A stretch of 64,000 nt of DNA from Trueperaceae bacterium (GCA_020431825.1 JAGQHN010000008.1:6167-70166), one strand, 5' to 3'; positions 37,820 through 48,583 are shown, counted from the first letter of the stretch. Numbers and translations: made by a program. The notes: a model not told the origin generated them from the sequence alone.

Positions 37820-38860
37820 TTAGAGGGATAAGAGGAAGGCGAAATCATCCTCGAGCCCGGAAGGAATGGTTATACCCTCTGGGAAGAAACCACCAGCCTG
37901 CGTAGTTGGGCTTAGATAAACAATGTTGGCAACCTGTTTGGGCGTGCGACTAAAGGCAATGCCATTGCTATCGGTAGGTACAATATTGGCACCTAAGCCA
38001 TCATCACCTTCATGAACCAGCGTATCTAGGTCATCATTGCCTACAATGCCCTGATCAAGGTCAGTATTCATACTGGCATTGCCCTGATCAAGAGAATCTC
38101 TGGCGTCGGAAATAGCACGAACAATCGTCCAGGTATCCAGTCCACCAAAGCTGTCACCACGGCGTTTATCAGCGGCGTAAAGGAAGGTGCGAACCAGCCC
38201 AGCATGATAGGCTTCAACCGCCAAAATGCCTGCAGCTGCCTCTAGAAAGTCCGGGTTTTTAAGATAGCGAGCGGCACCTTTATAAGCCGTTACCCCAACA
38301 TCTTCAAAAATAAAGGCGCCATGTAAGAAAAAAGCACCATTGGCAAAGGGGTCAAAGTCGGCAGGGTCAAAGGGGAAACCGTTCATAGTTAAACCCGATG
38401 CAGCCGCTGCTGCTGCTTTAAAAGAAGCGTCTAAATCAAGTTTGGGCAAGGACGCAGCGCCCGAGCCAAGACCTGCTATTAAGAATTGCACATGAGCTAG
38501 CTCATCCTGTGCGATTTCCTGAGCATACTCGGCAATGGGGTCAGCGACAGGGCCTTTGTCTGGAAATAGAGATTTACTGGGGTCAGTGCCGTCATAGCCA
38601 CTTGGCAAAATGACTTTGGCAGGGTCATAGCCTGGCAATTCATGAAGTCTACCGACCACTGCCAGATAAAAGGCAGCCTCGAGGTACTCGAGGTTGAGAG
38701 CAAAATTTAAGATTGCGGCGTCATAGTCTTTACCGGTTTTAGGGTCTTCAGCAAAAACCCCGCCACAAGCAGTAAGCATGGCACCTGCCCCCATCATTCC
38801 CAGGTTTCCAAGAACTCTCCGGCGATCTACTTTGGTTTCGAATAACTTTTGAACGTTCAT
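37820..38860 (-). CDS. Tat-exported ferritin-like domain protein (PF13668, PCC13-62 desiccation-related-protein-like)
   Basis: Twin-arginine signal DRRRVLGNLGMMGAGAMLTAC. ILNFALNLEYLEAAFY motif characteristic of the family. Confidence 0.7.
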   Translation of the reverse strand: MNVQKLFETKVDRRRVLGNLGMMGAGAMLTACGGVFAEDPKTGKDYDAAILNFALNLEYLEAAFYLAVVGRLHELPGYDPAKVILPSGYDGTDPSKSLFPDKGPVADPIAEYAQEIAQDELAHVQFLIAGLGSGAASLPKLDLDASFKAAAAAASGLTMNGFPFDPADFDPFANGAFFLHGAFIFEDVGVTAYKGAARYLKNPDFLEAAAGILAVEAYHAGLVRTFLYAADKRRGDSFGGLDTWTIVRAISDARDSLDQGNASMNTDLDQGIVGNDDLDTLVHEGDDGLGANIVPTDSNGIAFSRTPKQVANIVYLSPTTQAGGFFPEGITIPSGLEDDFAFLLSL

Positions 38861-39110
38861 GTTTCCCTTTCTCTCAGCCTCGTCTGTCTGCGGTTGGAGA
38901 CCAGAGCAACCTTGATTTGCAGACCTTCAAAGAGTAGTTACACAGCTAAGTTATTTTTGGATGTTTAAAGTTTTGATGAAGTCAAACTTGTGGATTTTTT
39001 AACAAAAAAGAGCATATTTTTGTAGGTTAAACCAATGAATTTAATCTAACTCACTAAAAAGAGCTGAATCAGCCAGCCAAAACTCGAGCCCTGTAGTCTG
39101 TTAGCGGTCC

Positions 39111-39584
39111 TTACTCGAGCACTTTTTCTACAACAAAACTTCCCCTAATAGCGTCATCAACACAGTTCACGCCAACAAAGCTACCCTCGAGTCTTTCCGT
39201 ATTGCGAATAGCTTTGGCACGGTAATAACAGTAATCAGGGTCGTCGGGCACCAGCTCAAAACTGACTTCGTCGTATTTCAACATGCCGGAAACCTTGCCT
39301 TTAAGGCTCGTCTTATAAAACGGCTCATCGACTTTGAGTAAGCCTTCCCCACGTAAAAAGACCAGATCTTGCTCGAGCCTCAGTTCTAAGTCTGCTTCGT
39401 AATCTTCAAATATGACTTTCCCTAGCCACTGACCGCTAAAGTTTTCAGGCTCACCGGTCTCGGGATTAGTCGTTTCTGGTGTTTCGGGTTCACTGGGACC
39501 AGGCTGGGGTGGCGGGTCTGAAATTGTGTCAAGGCTCGAGCATGCACTAAGGCAAAGCATTACAACCACCATTAAATACTTCAT
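39111..39584 (-). CDS. small lipoprotein with a Pro/Glu/Thr-rich linker, function unknown
   Basis: MKYLMVVVMLCLSAC lipobox followed by PPPQPGPSEPETPETTNPETGEPE. Confidence 0.6.
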   Translation of the reverse strand: MKYLMVVVMLCLSACSSLDTISDPPPQPGPSEPETPETTNPETGEPENFSGQWLGKVIFEDYEADLELRLEQDLVFLRGEGLLKVDEPFYKTSLKGKVSGMLKYDEVSFELVPDDPDYCYYRAKAIRNTERLEGSFVGVNCVDDAIRGSFVVEKVLE

Positions 39585-39668
39585 TGTTTTCTCGCCCAAC
39601 CTTTCAAATCTCTTCTTACAAAGTCATACACCTATAGGGTCAAACTGGATGTTTAAACCCAGAATGTT

Positions 39669-39908
39669 TTAACCTTCAGGCTTCTTTAGACACTTACGGC
39701 AGTGATTTAAAAGTATCGGGCTAACCTGCACAAATCCTGGCACGTCAGCTGTATCAGCCAGAATTTTTGTTAGCGAGGCTTCATAGTCGTTTGCTGAGAC
39801 CACAGTTGCCAGTTTTTTAAGCCTTGTCAGGCGCTTACGAAGGGTCCGCATTTTCATTCTGATGATGTTCTTCTTTCTGCAATAAGACCCAAGAAGCCCC
39901 TTAATCAA
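39669..39908 (-). CDS. doubtful small basic ORF
   Basis: 79 aa (62 aa from the internal MKM). No recognisable motif. Lies in a 500-bp gene-poor spacer. Confidence 0.25.
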   Translation of the reverse strand: MIKGLLGSYCRKKNIIRMKMRTLRKRLTRLKKLATVVSANDYEASLTKILADTADVPGFVQVSPILLNHCRKCLKKPEG

Positions 39909-40106
39909 TAGTAATTAAAGTTAGTAAAGCAGCTTGAGCAGAGCAAAAAAAGAACTAGCCATACTCTTTGAGAAGTATGACTGTACTAAAGCCTTAGTAA
40001 ATTTACTCTGGAATTGAGACGGTGTACCAGATTATGCATATTTAATTTGGTGAATGTCCCTGTTGCCAGGGTTTACCCTTCGTCCCTTACACCAAATCGG
40101 ACATCT

Positions 40107-42740
40107 TCAAAATTGACAGCGAATCACTCGTATAGCACGACCGGGCAAATCAATTTGCATACGTCCATTACTTACAGCAATCTCTTCCTGACTGTTTTCA
40201 AGTAAATCACAGTTAAAAGCTGCCTTAAGCTCGAGTAATCCTGAAGCAATCTCAGCGGTTTGCACCCCATCACTGGCATTTAGCAGCCGCAGAATAAGTC
40301 CCTTACCCTCGTCAGCTTGCTTGATATGCAAAACCTGAAAAGGCGCGTTAGGTAACTGAAGCAGTTCCCCCTCTGGAGGTAAAGCGTCACCACCCCTCGA
40401 TTGCTCAGCCATGTGCTGAAAAAGCGGCAAGTCGTTGAGCGCCTCTTGACCCAGACGGTGAGCAGCACTTTCATCAAAAGCACCCTCATAGGCTTCAATT
40501 CGGTAGCGAGCCTCTACCTGACCCGGCTGATGCGAGCGAAAATTGGTCTCCCAGTAATTGTTGGTCACCCAGCCAAGCAAGGTGGCTTGCTCGAGCCTAA
40601 AGTCCATCTGATACTTGCCAAACTGAAAGCCACCAAGTTGTACCATCGGGTTTTCAGGCATAGCAACCCGTACACCGCGCTGACCATTATTAAAGTCAAC
40701 CCAGCCCTGCACGGTAAAGTAGTCACGGCACACTCCCGGAAGTTGCTCTTCACCTGCCAGCACAGCCTGTCCGCCCACGTCATACCTTGCTTTTGCCTCA
40801 GGCAAATCAAAAGGAAAAACCAGATAGCTTGCTTCCGGGTGGCTGTCAAGCATCATCGTCCAGTGGGCTGAGCAGTCAATAAAATCAGCATAATCGGGCA
40901 AAAAGACCTGCTGGCTTAAAAGCCCATCCATCCCTTTTGCCTCAAGTTCCTGTACCACCAGAAGACCATAAGGCAAGCGATAAACCTCATGTTTTAGCAG
41001 CTTATGAGGCGCCTCACGGCGAGCATGCCAGTCCTTTTTCCAACCCGTCGGAATCTCGGCAAGTTCCGCGTTCCAGTCCTGATAAAAGAGTCGGTGGCGC
41101 GGCGGCTTAAAGCCTCTGTCGGCCACTTCTTCATGAACATAGCTGTGTAAAGGATAATCGGCCGCCGTATTAACCATTTCCCAGTCAAGCTTTTTGTCAT
41201 ATAGCGAGCTAATTCCGCCTCTTTCCCGGTCAAAGACAAGACGGTAACGGTGATTTTCTACTGTGGCAGCTTCACCAAGTAACCGCTCCTCGCTTTTGAC
41301 CAGCTCGGCTCGAGCCACGACCTTATATCCAAAGGCAGGAAGTTCGGTTGCAGGCAAATCAAACTGATCGCCCCTGTGCCAGTGATCGCCTGCTTGCTTT
41401 TTCCACTTGCGGTCCTGATGATGGCGCCCAGCTGTGCTATCACTGGCAACACCACGAGGATTCGTCACAAAGTAAGGCACTGAGCCTGCCACCGTTCGTG
41501 ACCAGGGTAGAGGATTAAACAGCAAAATATCATCGGGATGCTGGCGCTGAACCTGCTGGGCAAAATCACCGACGGCTTCACGCTGTAACAAGGTGCTTAG
41601 ACTGCGCGCCTTATGAGCGTAATCCGCTTTGTGATACCACTGAGTACGCGCGTCGTCATTATTGGGCTGGTTTATAGAAGAGTCAGCACCCCAGGTATGC
41701 TCATCCCAGAAGTTAAGCTGATGCCAGGCTTCTTTGCGGTGGCGAGAAAAAGCCTTATCTGACCATTTCGCTGTATTGACAACTTGCTTTAATCCACCAT
41801 AAACGGCGTCCGCAGCCCTTAGCTGCGCCCGGCTGATGCGGTTAAGCCGCGTTTCATGGGCACTGCTGACGCTGCCAAAATTCCAGTAGTCTGTCCAGTC
41901 TCCTTGAAGTGTCTCGAGCTTAGCAGCATGCTGCTCAACAGCCTGCCACCACAAGCGCGGCGTTGCCATAACAATTTTAGGTTCTTGACTGGCATTCCAA
42001 GTATCAATAAACGGCGTAAAGTCAAAGGCACTGCCGTTATCCCCGTAAGGATGATAGGTCTGCAACAGCAGGATTGGCAAAGGATAATCAATCTCGCTCA
42101 AATAGCTTTGTAACCGCTGCCAGCGAAGTTTGAATTCGTCTTGATCCCGACCAATCCCTTCACGCCAGGCTTTGTCGTAAGGCCAGCCGTTATTTACCTT
42201 GAGACTGCGACCCGAGGGAGCCTGCCAGTTAAAGGTGCTAGGTCTGGGCTGAAGCGCACCACCAAAATGACTATTGATAGCCATACTAAAACCCTTTATG
42301 CCTAAATCTAAAAGGACATCGGTCAGGGGCCAGTTCTGTCCATTAACATCGCAGTTCATGGCATGTTCGATGCTAAAACCATAGTCCTGGCGCAAACGAC
42401 GCAGGATTTGAAAACTCTCGATAAGCTGATCGGTGTCATAGAGCGGGGTTATGTTGGCAAACATGCCCGTGACTTCAACCCGCCCCTGACGCTCGAGCCT
42501 TATCAGTCTGTCAATCTCAGCGTCCGTGGCGTACCTGAGCCAGTACTCAAGGATAGCCGTTGTCTCAATTGTCCAGCGGAAAGCCCCGTCGCTATCATGG
42601 TCCTGATACTTTTCTGCCAGATCAAGCGCCTCATCAATAAAACGGCTATGCATTTCCCAGACAATCGGCTGATCCTGGGTATAGCCAATATCGGTATGGC
42701 TGTGGTGAACCAGATAAATTGTCTCAATCTTATTTTTCAT
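40107..42740 (-). CDS. glycoside hydrolase family 38 alpha-mannosidase
   Basis: N-terminal IYLVHHSHTDIGYT metal-binding motif. 877 aa. Confidence 0.85.
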   Translation of the reverse strand: MKNKIETIYLVHHSHTDIGYTQDQPIVWEMHSRFIDEALDLAEKYQDHDSDGAFRWTIETTAILEYWLRYATDAEIDRLIRLERQGRVEVTGMFANITPLYDTDQLIESFQILRRLRQDYGFSIEHAMNCDVNGQNWPLTDVLLDLGIKGFSMAINSHFGGALQPRPSTFNWQAPSGRSLKVNNGWPYDKAWREGIGRDQDEFKLRWQRLQSYLSEIDYPLPILLLQTYHPYGDNGSAFDFTPFIDTWNASQEPKIVMATPRLWWQAVEQHAAKLETLQGDWTDYWNFGSVSSAHETRLNRISRAQLRAADAVYGGLKQVVNTAKWSDKAFSRHRKEAWHQLNFWDEHTWGADSSINQPNNDDARTQWYHKADYAHKARSLSTLLQREAVGDFAQQVQRQHPDDILLFNPLPWSRTVAGSVPYFVTNPRGVASDSTAGRHHQDRKWKKQAGDHWHRGDQFDLPATELPAFGYKVVARAELVKSEERLLGEAATVENHRYRLVFDRERGGISSLYDKKLDWEMVNTAADYPLHSYVHEEVADRGFKPPRHRLFYQDWNAELAEIPTGWKKDWHARREAPHKLLKHEVYRLPYGLLVVQELEAKGMDGLLSQQVFLPDYADFIDCSAHWTMMLDSHPEASYLVFPFDLPEAKARYDVGGQAVLAGEEQLPGVCRDYFTVQGWVDFNNGQRGVRVAMPENPMVQLGGFQFGKYQMDFRLEQATLLGWVTNNYWETNFRSHQPGQVEARYRIEAYEGAFDESAAHRLGQEALNDLPLFQHMAEQSRGGDALPPEGELLQLPNAPFQVLHIKQADEGKGLILRLLNASDGVQTAEIASGLLELKAAFNCDLLENSQEEIAVSNGRMQIDLPGRAIRVIRCQF

Positions 42741-42799
42741 CTTTGCTCCTTCAGGTTCAAGAAACCTTTCTTAGCCGTTCAACCTTGCAAAAAATAAAA

Positions 42800-42813
42800 A
42801 AGGCTCGAGCCTT
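42800..42813 (-). terminator. weak terminator-like palindrome AAGGCTCGAGCCTT followed by a U-tract (minus strand)
   Basis: 14-bp perfect palindrome centred on CTCGAG, followed on the minus strand by TTTTATTTTTTG. Lies between the E1 and GH38 genes. Confidence 0.35.
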
Positions 42814-42903
42814 ATGCTTGCTATAGTTTCAATCTAGCAAAGTCGTCTGGCTCGAGCCACGGTAAAACTGGACAAGAATGTTTAAAAAACGGACAAAAGC
42901 AAG

Positions 42904-45360
42904 TTATATACCCAGGCAATTACGTCTGACAATCTCAGCAGCACTCTGTGTCGTGCTAACGTTATGACCCTCGAGTGGCAAAATGCTCTCATGAATCGCA
43001 TCTAAGATCCACTCTTTTTGCGGAAAGAAGGCTTCCTCGAGCTCCGCAGGTGGGGTAATCCAGTTTCGCGCACCAACAACCACAATGGGCGCGTCCAGAT
43101 AATTAAAAGCCAAATGGCCCAAGGTCGATGCCATGGTGTGGAGAAATGAGCCACGCTCACAGGCATCTGACGCCAGAACCAGACGACCCGTCTTTTTCAC
43201 CGACTCGAGAATTGTTTCATAATTTAAGGGGTTGATAAAACGCGCATCTATAACTTCAGCAGATAAACCGTAGCTTTCCTCTAAAATCTTGGCAGCCTCG
43301 AGTGCACGGTAAAGCGTTGCACCCACCGTAACCATGGTCAAATCACTTCCTTCACGGCGCAGCGCAGGCTCACCCATAGGTACTTCGTAGTAATCCGTCG
43401 GAACGCCACCTTCAACCAGCGTTTCCGTTTCGGTGTAAAGGCGCTGGCTTTCAAAAAAGACCACCGGGTCAGTACCGCGCAGTGCCAGATTGAGCATTCC
43501 TTTAGCGTCATAGGGTGTTGCTGGAAACATAACTTTTAAACCAGGAATATGGGCACAGAGCGATGACCAATCCTGTGAATGCTGCGCACCGTACTTGGAA
43601 CCGACCGACACACGTAAGACCATCGGCATAGTTAAAACACCAGCCGACATAGACTGCCACTTGGCCATCTGGTTAAAGATTTCATCGCCGGCACGACCCA
43701 TAAAATCGCAGTACATCAGCTCAGCTACGACACGCCCACCTGAAAGTGCGTAACCGACTGCCGTTCCCACAATGGCAGCTTCGGAAATCGAGCTATTAAA
43801 CAGACGATGATAGGGCAAAGCCTCTGTCAGACCACGGTAAACGCCAAATGCGCCGCCCCAGTCGCGGTTTTCCTCGCCGTAAGCAATCATGGTGGGGTCT
43901 TCATAAAAACGGTGAATCATGGCCTCAAAGAGCGCTTCGGCGTAGGTCAGGGTTTTGAGTTTTGAGGTCGGTTTGCCGTCTTCTAAACCAAAGCGAAGCT
44001 TGCCCTGGGTCACGCTTAAACGCGTTTCAGATAGGGCTTGCAGCGTTTCAGGTTTGCCCTCTTCCATGCGGTCTTTGACGCCATTAGAAAACATCAGGTC
44101 TCCAATGGTGTTGCTGCTAATACTCATATAGGGTGAAAGCTCGGTGGATATAGCAGCCTCAGTAATGCGCTTAATGCGCTCCAAACTTTCAGCAATGACC
44201 GCCTCTAAGTCAGTTTGCGAAGCATGTTTGTTGTCTCTCAGGTACTCAGCAAAAGATAGAAGCGAATCCTGTGAACGCCAAAGCTCGAGCTCATCACGCT
44301 CACGGTAGCTCGAGGCGTCTGAGGGAGAGTGCCCACTAAAGCGGTAGGTAATGGTATCAAGCAAAACTGGCCCTTTACCCTTTAAGAGCAAGTCTTTTTT
44401 GCGTTTGATGGCATCAGCGACAGCAAGCGGATTGTAGCCGTCTATGCGCTCAGCGTGCATGGCTTCAGGGTTTACTCCCATAGCGACTCTTGCCAACATG
44501 CCAAAGCCCATGGTCTCGCCTTGCGGTTGCCCACCCATACCATAAAAGTTATTCATAAAATTAAAGAGAATGGGCGGCGCCCCGCCTAAGTCTTTATCCC
44601 AGAGGGTTTTGTACTGGTCCATCGCGGCAAACATCATGGCTTCCCAGACCGGACCACAACCCATCGAAGCGTCACCAATATTGGCAATACAAATACCAGG
44701 TTTGCGGTTTACCCGTTTAAATAAGGCAGAGCCTGTGGCGATGTCAGCAGAACCGCCCACCAGCGCATTATTGGGCATAACCCCAAAAGGTGGAAAAAAG
44801 GTATGCATCGAGCCGCCCAGGCCTTTGTTAAAGCCTGTTTCACGCGCAAAAATTTCAGCCAATACCCCATAAAGTACATAGTCAATCGCTAAATCCTTGA
44901 TGTCTTTATGTTCAAAGCGCTCAACTACTTTAAGCGCGGCACCGTCCATATAGGACTGCATAATGGACTCAAGTTCAGCTTCAGAAAGCTGCTCGATGGC
45001 AGAAAAACTCTTGGCTAAAATCTCGCCATGGCTACGGTGTGAACCAAAAATAAAGTCATCTGGGCTCAGGTAATACGCCTGCCCCACCACGGAAGCCTCT
45101 TGCCCAATGGACAAATGCGCAGGGCCGCGGTGGTTATAGCTTATGCCCTCGTAACTGCCCTCACGCTTAAAGCGGTCAAGCATGGTTTCAAACTCTCTTA
45201 TGTAAACCATGTCGCGGTACATGCGCCGCAGGGTTTTCTTACCGTAGGTTTTGGCTTCTTTTTTGGGCTCAGCGTTGTAGGCATTAACGGGTAAGTCGGG
45301 TGCAGTGATGACCCCCGGTTTACGCACCTCACGCGGGTCAATGGTTATGGATTTGGGCAT
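42904..45360 (-). CDS. fused 2-oxoacid dehydrogenase E1 component (alpha and beta subunits in one chain)
   Basis: 818 aa. The N-terminal half has the TPP motif (GDASMGCG...[10 protein letters not shown]). The C-terminal half is a transketolase-like pyrimidine-binding and C-terminal domain. Confidence 0.8.
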   Translation of the reverse strand: MPKSITIDPREVRKPGVITAPDLPVNAYNAEPKKEAKTYGKKTLRRMYRDMVYIREFETMLDRFKREGSYEGISYNHRGPAHLSIGQEASVVGQAYYLSPDDFIFGSHRSHGEILAKSFSAIEQLSEAELESIMQSYMDGAALKVVERFEHKDIKDLAIDYVLYGVLAEIFARETGFNKGLGGSMHTFFPPFGVMPNNALVGGSADIATGSALFKRVNRKPGICIANIGDASMGCGPVWEAMMFAAMDQYKTLWDKDLGGAPPILFNFMNNFYGMGGQPQGETMGFGMLARVAMGVNPEAMHAERIDGYNPLAVADAIKRKKDLLLKGKGPVLLDTITYRFSGHSPSDASSYRERDELELWRSQDSLLSFAEYLRDNKHASQTDLEAVIAESLERIKRITEAAISTELSPYMSISSNTIGDLMFSNGVKDRMEEGKPETLQALSETRLSVTQGKLRFGLEDGKPTSKLKTLTYAEALFEAMIHRFYEDPTMIAYGEENRDWGGAFGVYRGLTEALPYHRLFNSSISEAAIVGTAVGYALSGGRVVAELMYCDFMGRAGDEIFNQMAKWQSMSAGVLTMPMVLRVSVGSKYGAQHSQDWSSLCAHIPGLKVMFPATPYDAKGMLNLALRGTDPVVFFESQRLYTETETLVEGGVPTDYYEVPMGEPALRREGSDLTMVTVGATLYRALEAAKILEESYGLSAEVIDARFINPLNYETILESVKKTGRLVLASDACERGSFLHTMASTLGHLAFNYLDAPIVVVGARNWITPPAELEEAFFPQKEWILDAIHESILPLEGHNVSTTQSAAEIVRRNCLGI

Positions 45361-45532
45361 TTAGACTCCTTAGGGGATAAATCCTCCCTAACCCATTCGT
45401 TCTCGCAAGCTCGGAACCTTTAGAAAAAGGGGCAAACACTATTTCCCCCTTTTTTAAAGAGCCTGTTCCAACCTTGATTTGGGAGGGATTAAGGGAGATT
45501 TCTTTCAGAAAAGCAAACATAAACGTAGATTT

Positions 45533-46774
45533 TTATAAGAAGAACAAATTAGACAAATTGGCCAGATGATTGCTCAACGTCTGTAAGAACCTGGCCCCCG
45601 GCGCACCATCTACCACCTGATGATTGATAGTCAGCGACAGGCTAATGTGAGGAATATGCTCCACTTGCCCCTCAACCATCACGGCCTTTAAGTTGATGCC
45701 GCCAACACCCAAAATGGCAACCTGTGGTGGGTTAAGCACAGGCGTAAAGGTGTCTATACCAAATGCACCCAGATTCGTCACGGTAAAACTTGCCCCCTGC
45801 AAATCATCAGGCGCAATCTTGCCATCTTGCGCTTGACTGGCCAAAACTTTGGTCTTTTTTGATAGGGCTTTAAGACTTAAATCCTGTGCACCGTGAATCA
45901 CTGGAACCAGTAAGCCTCTTGACGTATCTACCGCAAAACCAAGATTGACTGCCTTGTACTGATAAATTGTGTCATTTTCAAAAATTGCGTTCAGGTCAGG
46001 GTGCTGCAAAAGGGCTCTTGAAATGGCAAACAACATGAGATCATTTATGCTGATATCCCTGGCACCAAGCGCTTCCGGGCTTTTCTTGAGCTGAGCGCGG
46101 TAGTGTAGCAGTTCTCTGGCATCAGCACTACTATTCAGCGTGAGTTGCGCAGTTGTCTGCAAGGACTCGAGCATCCGCTTGGCAATCCGTTTACGAATTC
46201 CTGTAAGTGGGATAACCGTGACCAAATCATCAGTCAGGCTGTCAATAAGAGACACGTTTGGTTCAAGAGTTGCAGCTGGCAAATCGGCAAGTCGTGACTC
46301 GAGCGCCGCTAAAACATCTCTTTCAATAATGCGCCCTTGTGGGCCGCTGCCCCTAAGGCTCGAGGTATCCAGATTTTCTTTTTCAGCCAGCTTTCTTGCC
46401 CTGGGCGACACGCCGATTTTTAGAGAGCTTCTTGATACCGGTACAGGCTCTTTTGCAGCGCTTACAGACTGCGAAGTCTGTTCCATTCGCTGACTGGGTT
46501 CAGATTTTGCCTCGCTTACTTTTTCGACCTGCTCCCCCGCTTCGCCAATCATGGCAATGGTGGTTTGCACCGGAACATCATCATTCTCTTTATAGAAAAT
46601 CTCGAGCAAAGTGCCACTTGCCGGGCTTTCCACTTCTATGACAGCTTTGTCGGTTTCAACCTCGAGTAAAATTTCGCCCTGTTCAACCCTATCGCCCGGG
46701 CGTTTTTTCCACTCAACAATCAGGCAACTTTCAACACTGTTGCCCTGTTTGGGCATGAGGACAGGACTAGCCAT
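45533..46774 (-). CDS. dihydrolipoamide acyltransferase (E2 component)
   Basis: Lipoyl domain (VETDKAVIEV), a subunit-binding domain (SPRARKLA) and a catalytic NHQVVDG motif. Confidence 0.85.
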   Translation of the reverse strand: MASPVLMPKQGNSVESCLIVEWKKRPGDRVEQGEILLEVETDKAVIEVESPASGTLLEIFYKENDDVPVQTTIAMIGEAGEQVEKVSEAKSEPSQRMEQTSQSVSAAKEPVPVSRSSLKIGVSPRARKLAEKENLDTSSLRGSGPQGRIIERDVLAALESRLADLPAATLEPNVSLIDSLTDDLVTVIPLTGIRKRIAKRMLESLQTTAQLTLNSSADARELLHYRAQLKKSPEALGARDISINDLMLFAISRALLQHPDLNAIFENDTIYQYKAVNLGFAVDTSRGLLVPVIHGAQDLSLKALSKKTKVLASQAQDGKIAPDDLQGASFTVTNLGAFGIDTFTPVLNPPQVAILGVGGINLKAVMVEGQVEHIPHISLSLTINHQVVDGAPGARFLQTLSNHLANLSNLFFL

Positions 46775-46871
46775 ACTTATCCTTTTCCAAAGTGGTCATA
46801 TCTACTCACATTCAAATAAAAATAAGATCCTTGCAATACAAAACTACATTTAAATAAAGACTTGGCCCTAG

Positions 46872-47639
46872 TTACCAAAGGACGTACCCCCCATCAACCA
46901 CCAGATCATGACCTGTGACATAGCTCGAGGCATCTGAGGCTAAAAAGACCGTAGCACCCTGCAAATCATCTGGCGTTCCCAGACGACCCATCGGGGTATT
47001 GGAGAGCCAGGTTTCACTCATTTCTTTAAGAGAAGCTGCGGTCATAGGGCTGATGGTGTGACCTGGGCTTAAGGTATTCACCCTTACGCCTCTGGCAGCC
47101 CACTCTGCCGCACAAGAGCGCGAATACTGGATAACCCCGGCTTTAGCAGCATTGTAATGAGCGTGTAATTGCGGACGGTTGACAATCTGACCTGACATGG
47201 AAGCAATGTTAATAATTGAGCCTGCGCCTTGCTCGAGCATGACTTTGGCCTCTTCTCGAGTGCTTAAAAAAATACCTTTTAAGTCAATATCAACAACAAA
47301 ATCCCAGTCTTCTTCGCTCATTGCTTCGGCTGCGCTACGCTTAGCAACCCCGGCACTATTAACGGCAATATCCAGCTTGCCCCAGGCATTCGTTACTGTT
47401 TCTACCATCTGGATAACACTGGCAGCATTTGTTACTTCAACCTGCACGGCTAAAGAGCGAACGCCTAGTGTCTTAATGGCTTCAGAGCTTTCCTGAGCTG
47501 TCGATGTATCAAGATCGGCAATAGCGACGTCGGCACCTGCTTCAGCTAAAGCCAGTGCGAGTTTTGCACCGATGCCACGTCCACCGCCTGTTACCAGGGC
47601 TGTGCGACCTTTTAAGGAAAAACGATCTAAGATAGACAT
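46872..47639 (-). CDS. SDR family oxidoreductase
   Basis: TGGGRGIG cofactor motif and YNAAK catalytic motif. Confidence 0.85.
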   Translation of the reverse strand: MSILDRFSLKGRTALVTGGGRGIGAKLALALAEAGADVAIADLDTSTAQESSEAIKTLGVRSLAVQVEVTNAASVIQMVETVTNAWGKLDIAVNSAGVAKRSAAEAMSEEDWDFVVDIDLKGIFLSTREEAKVMLEQGAGSIINIASMSGQIVNRPQLHAHYNAAKAGVIQYSRSCAAEWAARGVRVNTLSPGHTISPMTAASLKEMSETWLSNTPMGRLGTPDDLQGATVFLASDASSYVTGHDLVVDGGYVLW

Positions 47640-47656
47640 AGTGCCTCCTATTATTT

Positions 47657-48583
47657 TTAACTAAGTGCCTGGCGTGCCAGATGAGCAGCACCTAAGATAG
47701 CAGCGTCTTCTCCCAGCTTAGTCGAAACCAGGCTTATCCTCGAGCTAAAACTTTTAAATGAGTACTTAGGAATAGTAGTTCTGGCGCTATTAATGAGCAA
47801 ATCGCCAGCTTTTGCAACGCTACCCCCTACAATAAAGCGCTCTATATCGAGCATCATGGCGGTCGTTGCCACCATAACACCCAGCGCTTCTCCTGCCTCG
47901 TGAATGATTTGAAGGGCAGCCTCATCACCGTGCTTTGCTCGTTCGGTAATAGCTGCGCCAGAAATTTGACCAACATCAGGGCATAATCTGGCATAGCGCT
48001 TGGTAAGAGATGGGCCACTCATAAAGGTTTCAAAACAACCCCTCGAGCCGCAGTGACAGGGCTCACCGTAGCGGTCAAGCGTGGCATGCCCGATTTCTCC
48101 GGCAAAGTTTTTTTCGCCGCGGTAAAGATCACCGTTTAGGATGATGGCAGCACCAACACCAGTACCAATAACGATATATACAAGACTGTTAAAACCTTGC
48201 CCCTCACCAGCATAAAGCTCACCTAGGGCAGCGGCTTTGGCGTCGTGCTCGAGCCGTGCAGGTACGCCCAGACGCTCTTCCAAAATAGTTTTGAGGGGCG
48301 TGTTGTGAAACCTGGGCATATTGGTCGGACTTAGCATAATGCCCTGTTCATGGTCTAGAGGACCGGGCGCACAAACACCAACTGCGGCTAAGCGTACGTC
48401 CGCCGCCAAACCAGCCTTGAAGGTTTCAATCTCCTCAAGCAAACGCCCGATAATATTGTCTGGCCCTTCATCTGCTTCGGTAGCAATTCGGGCTCTGGCT
48501 ACTATTTGATTATTTTCATCCAGCAATGCCAGCGCACTTTTGGTTCCACCCAAATCAATGCCAACTACATAATCTTTAGGCAC
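47657..48583 (-). CDS. ROK family sugar kinase
   Basis: IDLGGTK, and the zinc motif CHCGSRGCFE. Confidence 0.8.
   Translation of the reverse strand: MPKDYVVGIDLGGTKSALALLDENNQIVARARIATEADEGPDNIIGRLLEEIETFKAGLAADVRLAAVGVCAPGPLDHEQGIMLSPTNMPRFHNTPLKTILEERLGVPARLEHDAKAAALGELYAGEGQGFNSLVYIVIGTGVGAAIILNGDLYRGEKNFAGEIGHATLDRYGEPCHCGSRGCFETFMSGPSLTKRYARLCPDVGQISGAAITERAKHGDEAALQIIHEAGEALGVMVATTAMMLDIERFIVGGSVAKAGDLLINSARTTIPKYSFKSFSSRISLVSTKLGEDAAILGAAHLARQALS

Noticed and set aside
40014-40205. 63-aa plus-strand ORF and an 8-bp inverted repeat (ATTTGGTG/CACCAAAT, about 40044-40096) downstream of the GH38 gene
   Set aside because: The ORF overlaps the GH38 3' end in antisense. The inverted repeat with its inner CCCTG/CAGGG hairpin may be a terminator for GH38, but it lacks a U-tract, so I did not call it as a feature.
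45338-45520. 60-aa minus-strand ORF between the E2 and E1 genes
   Set aside because: It overlaps the E1 ribosome-binding site and start codon and consists of hairpin-forming spacer sequence. It has no ribosome-binding site and no recognisable motif.
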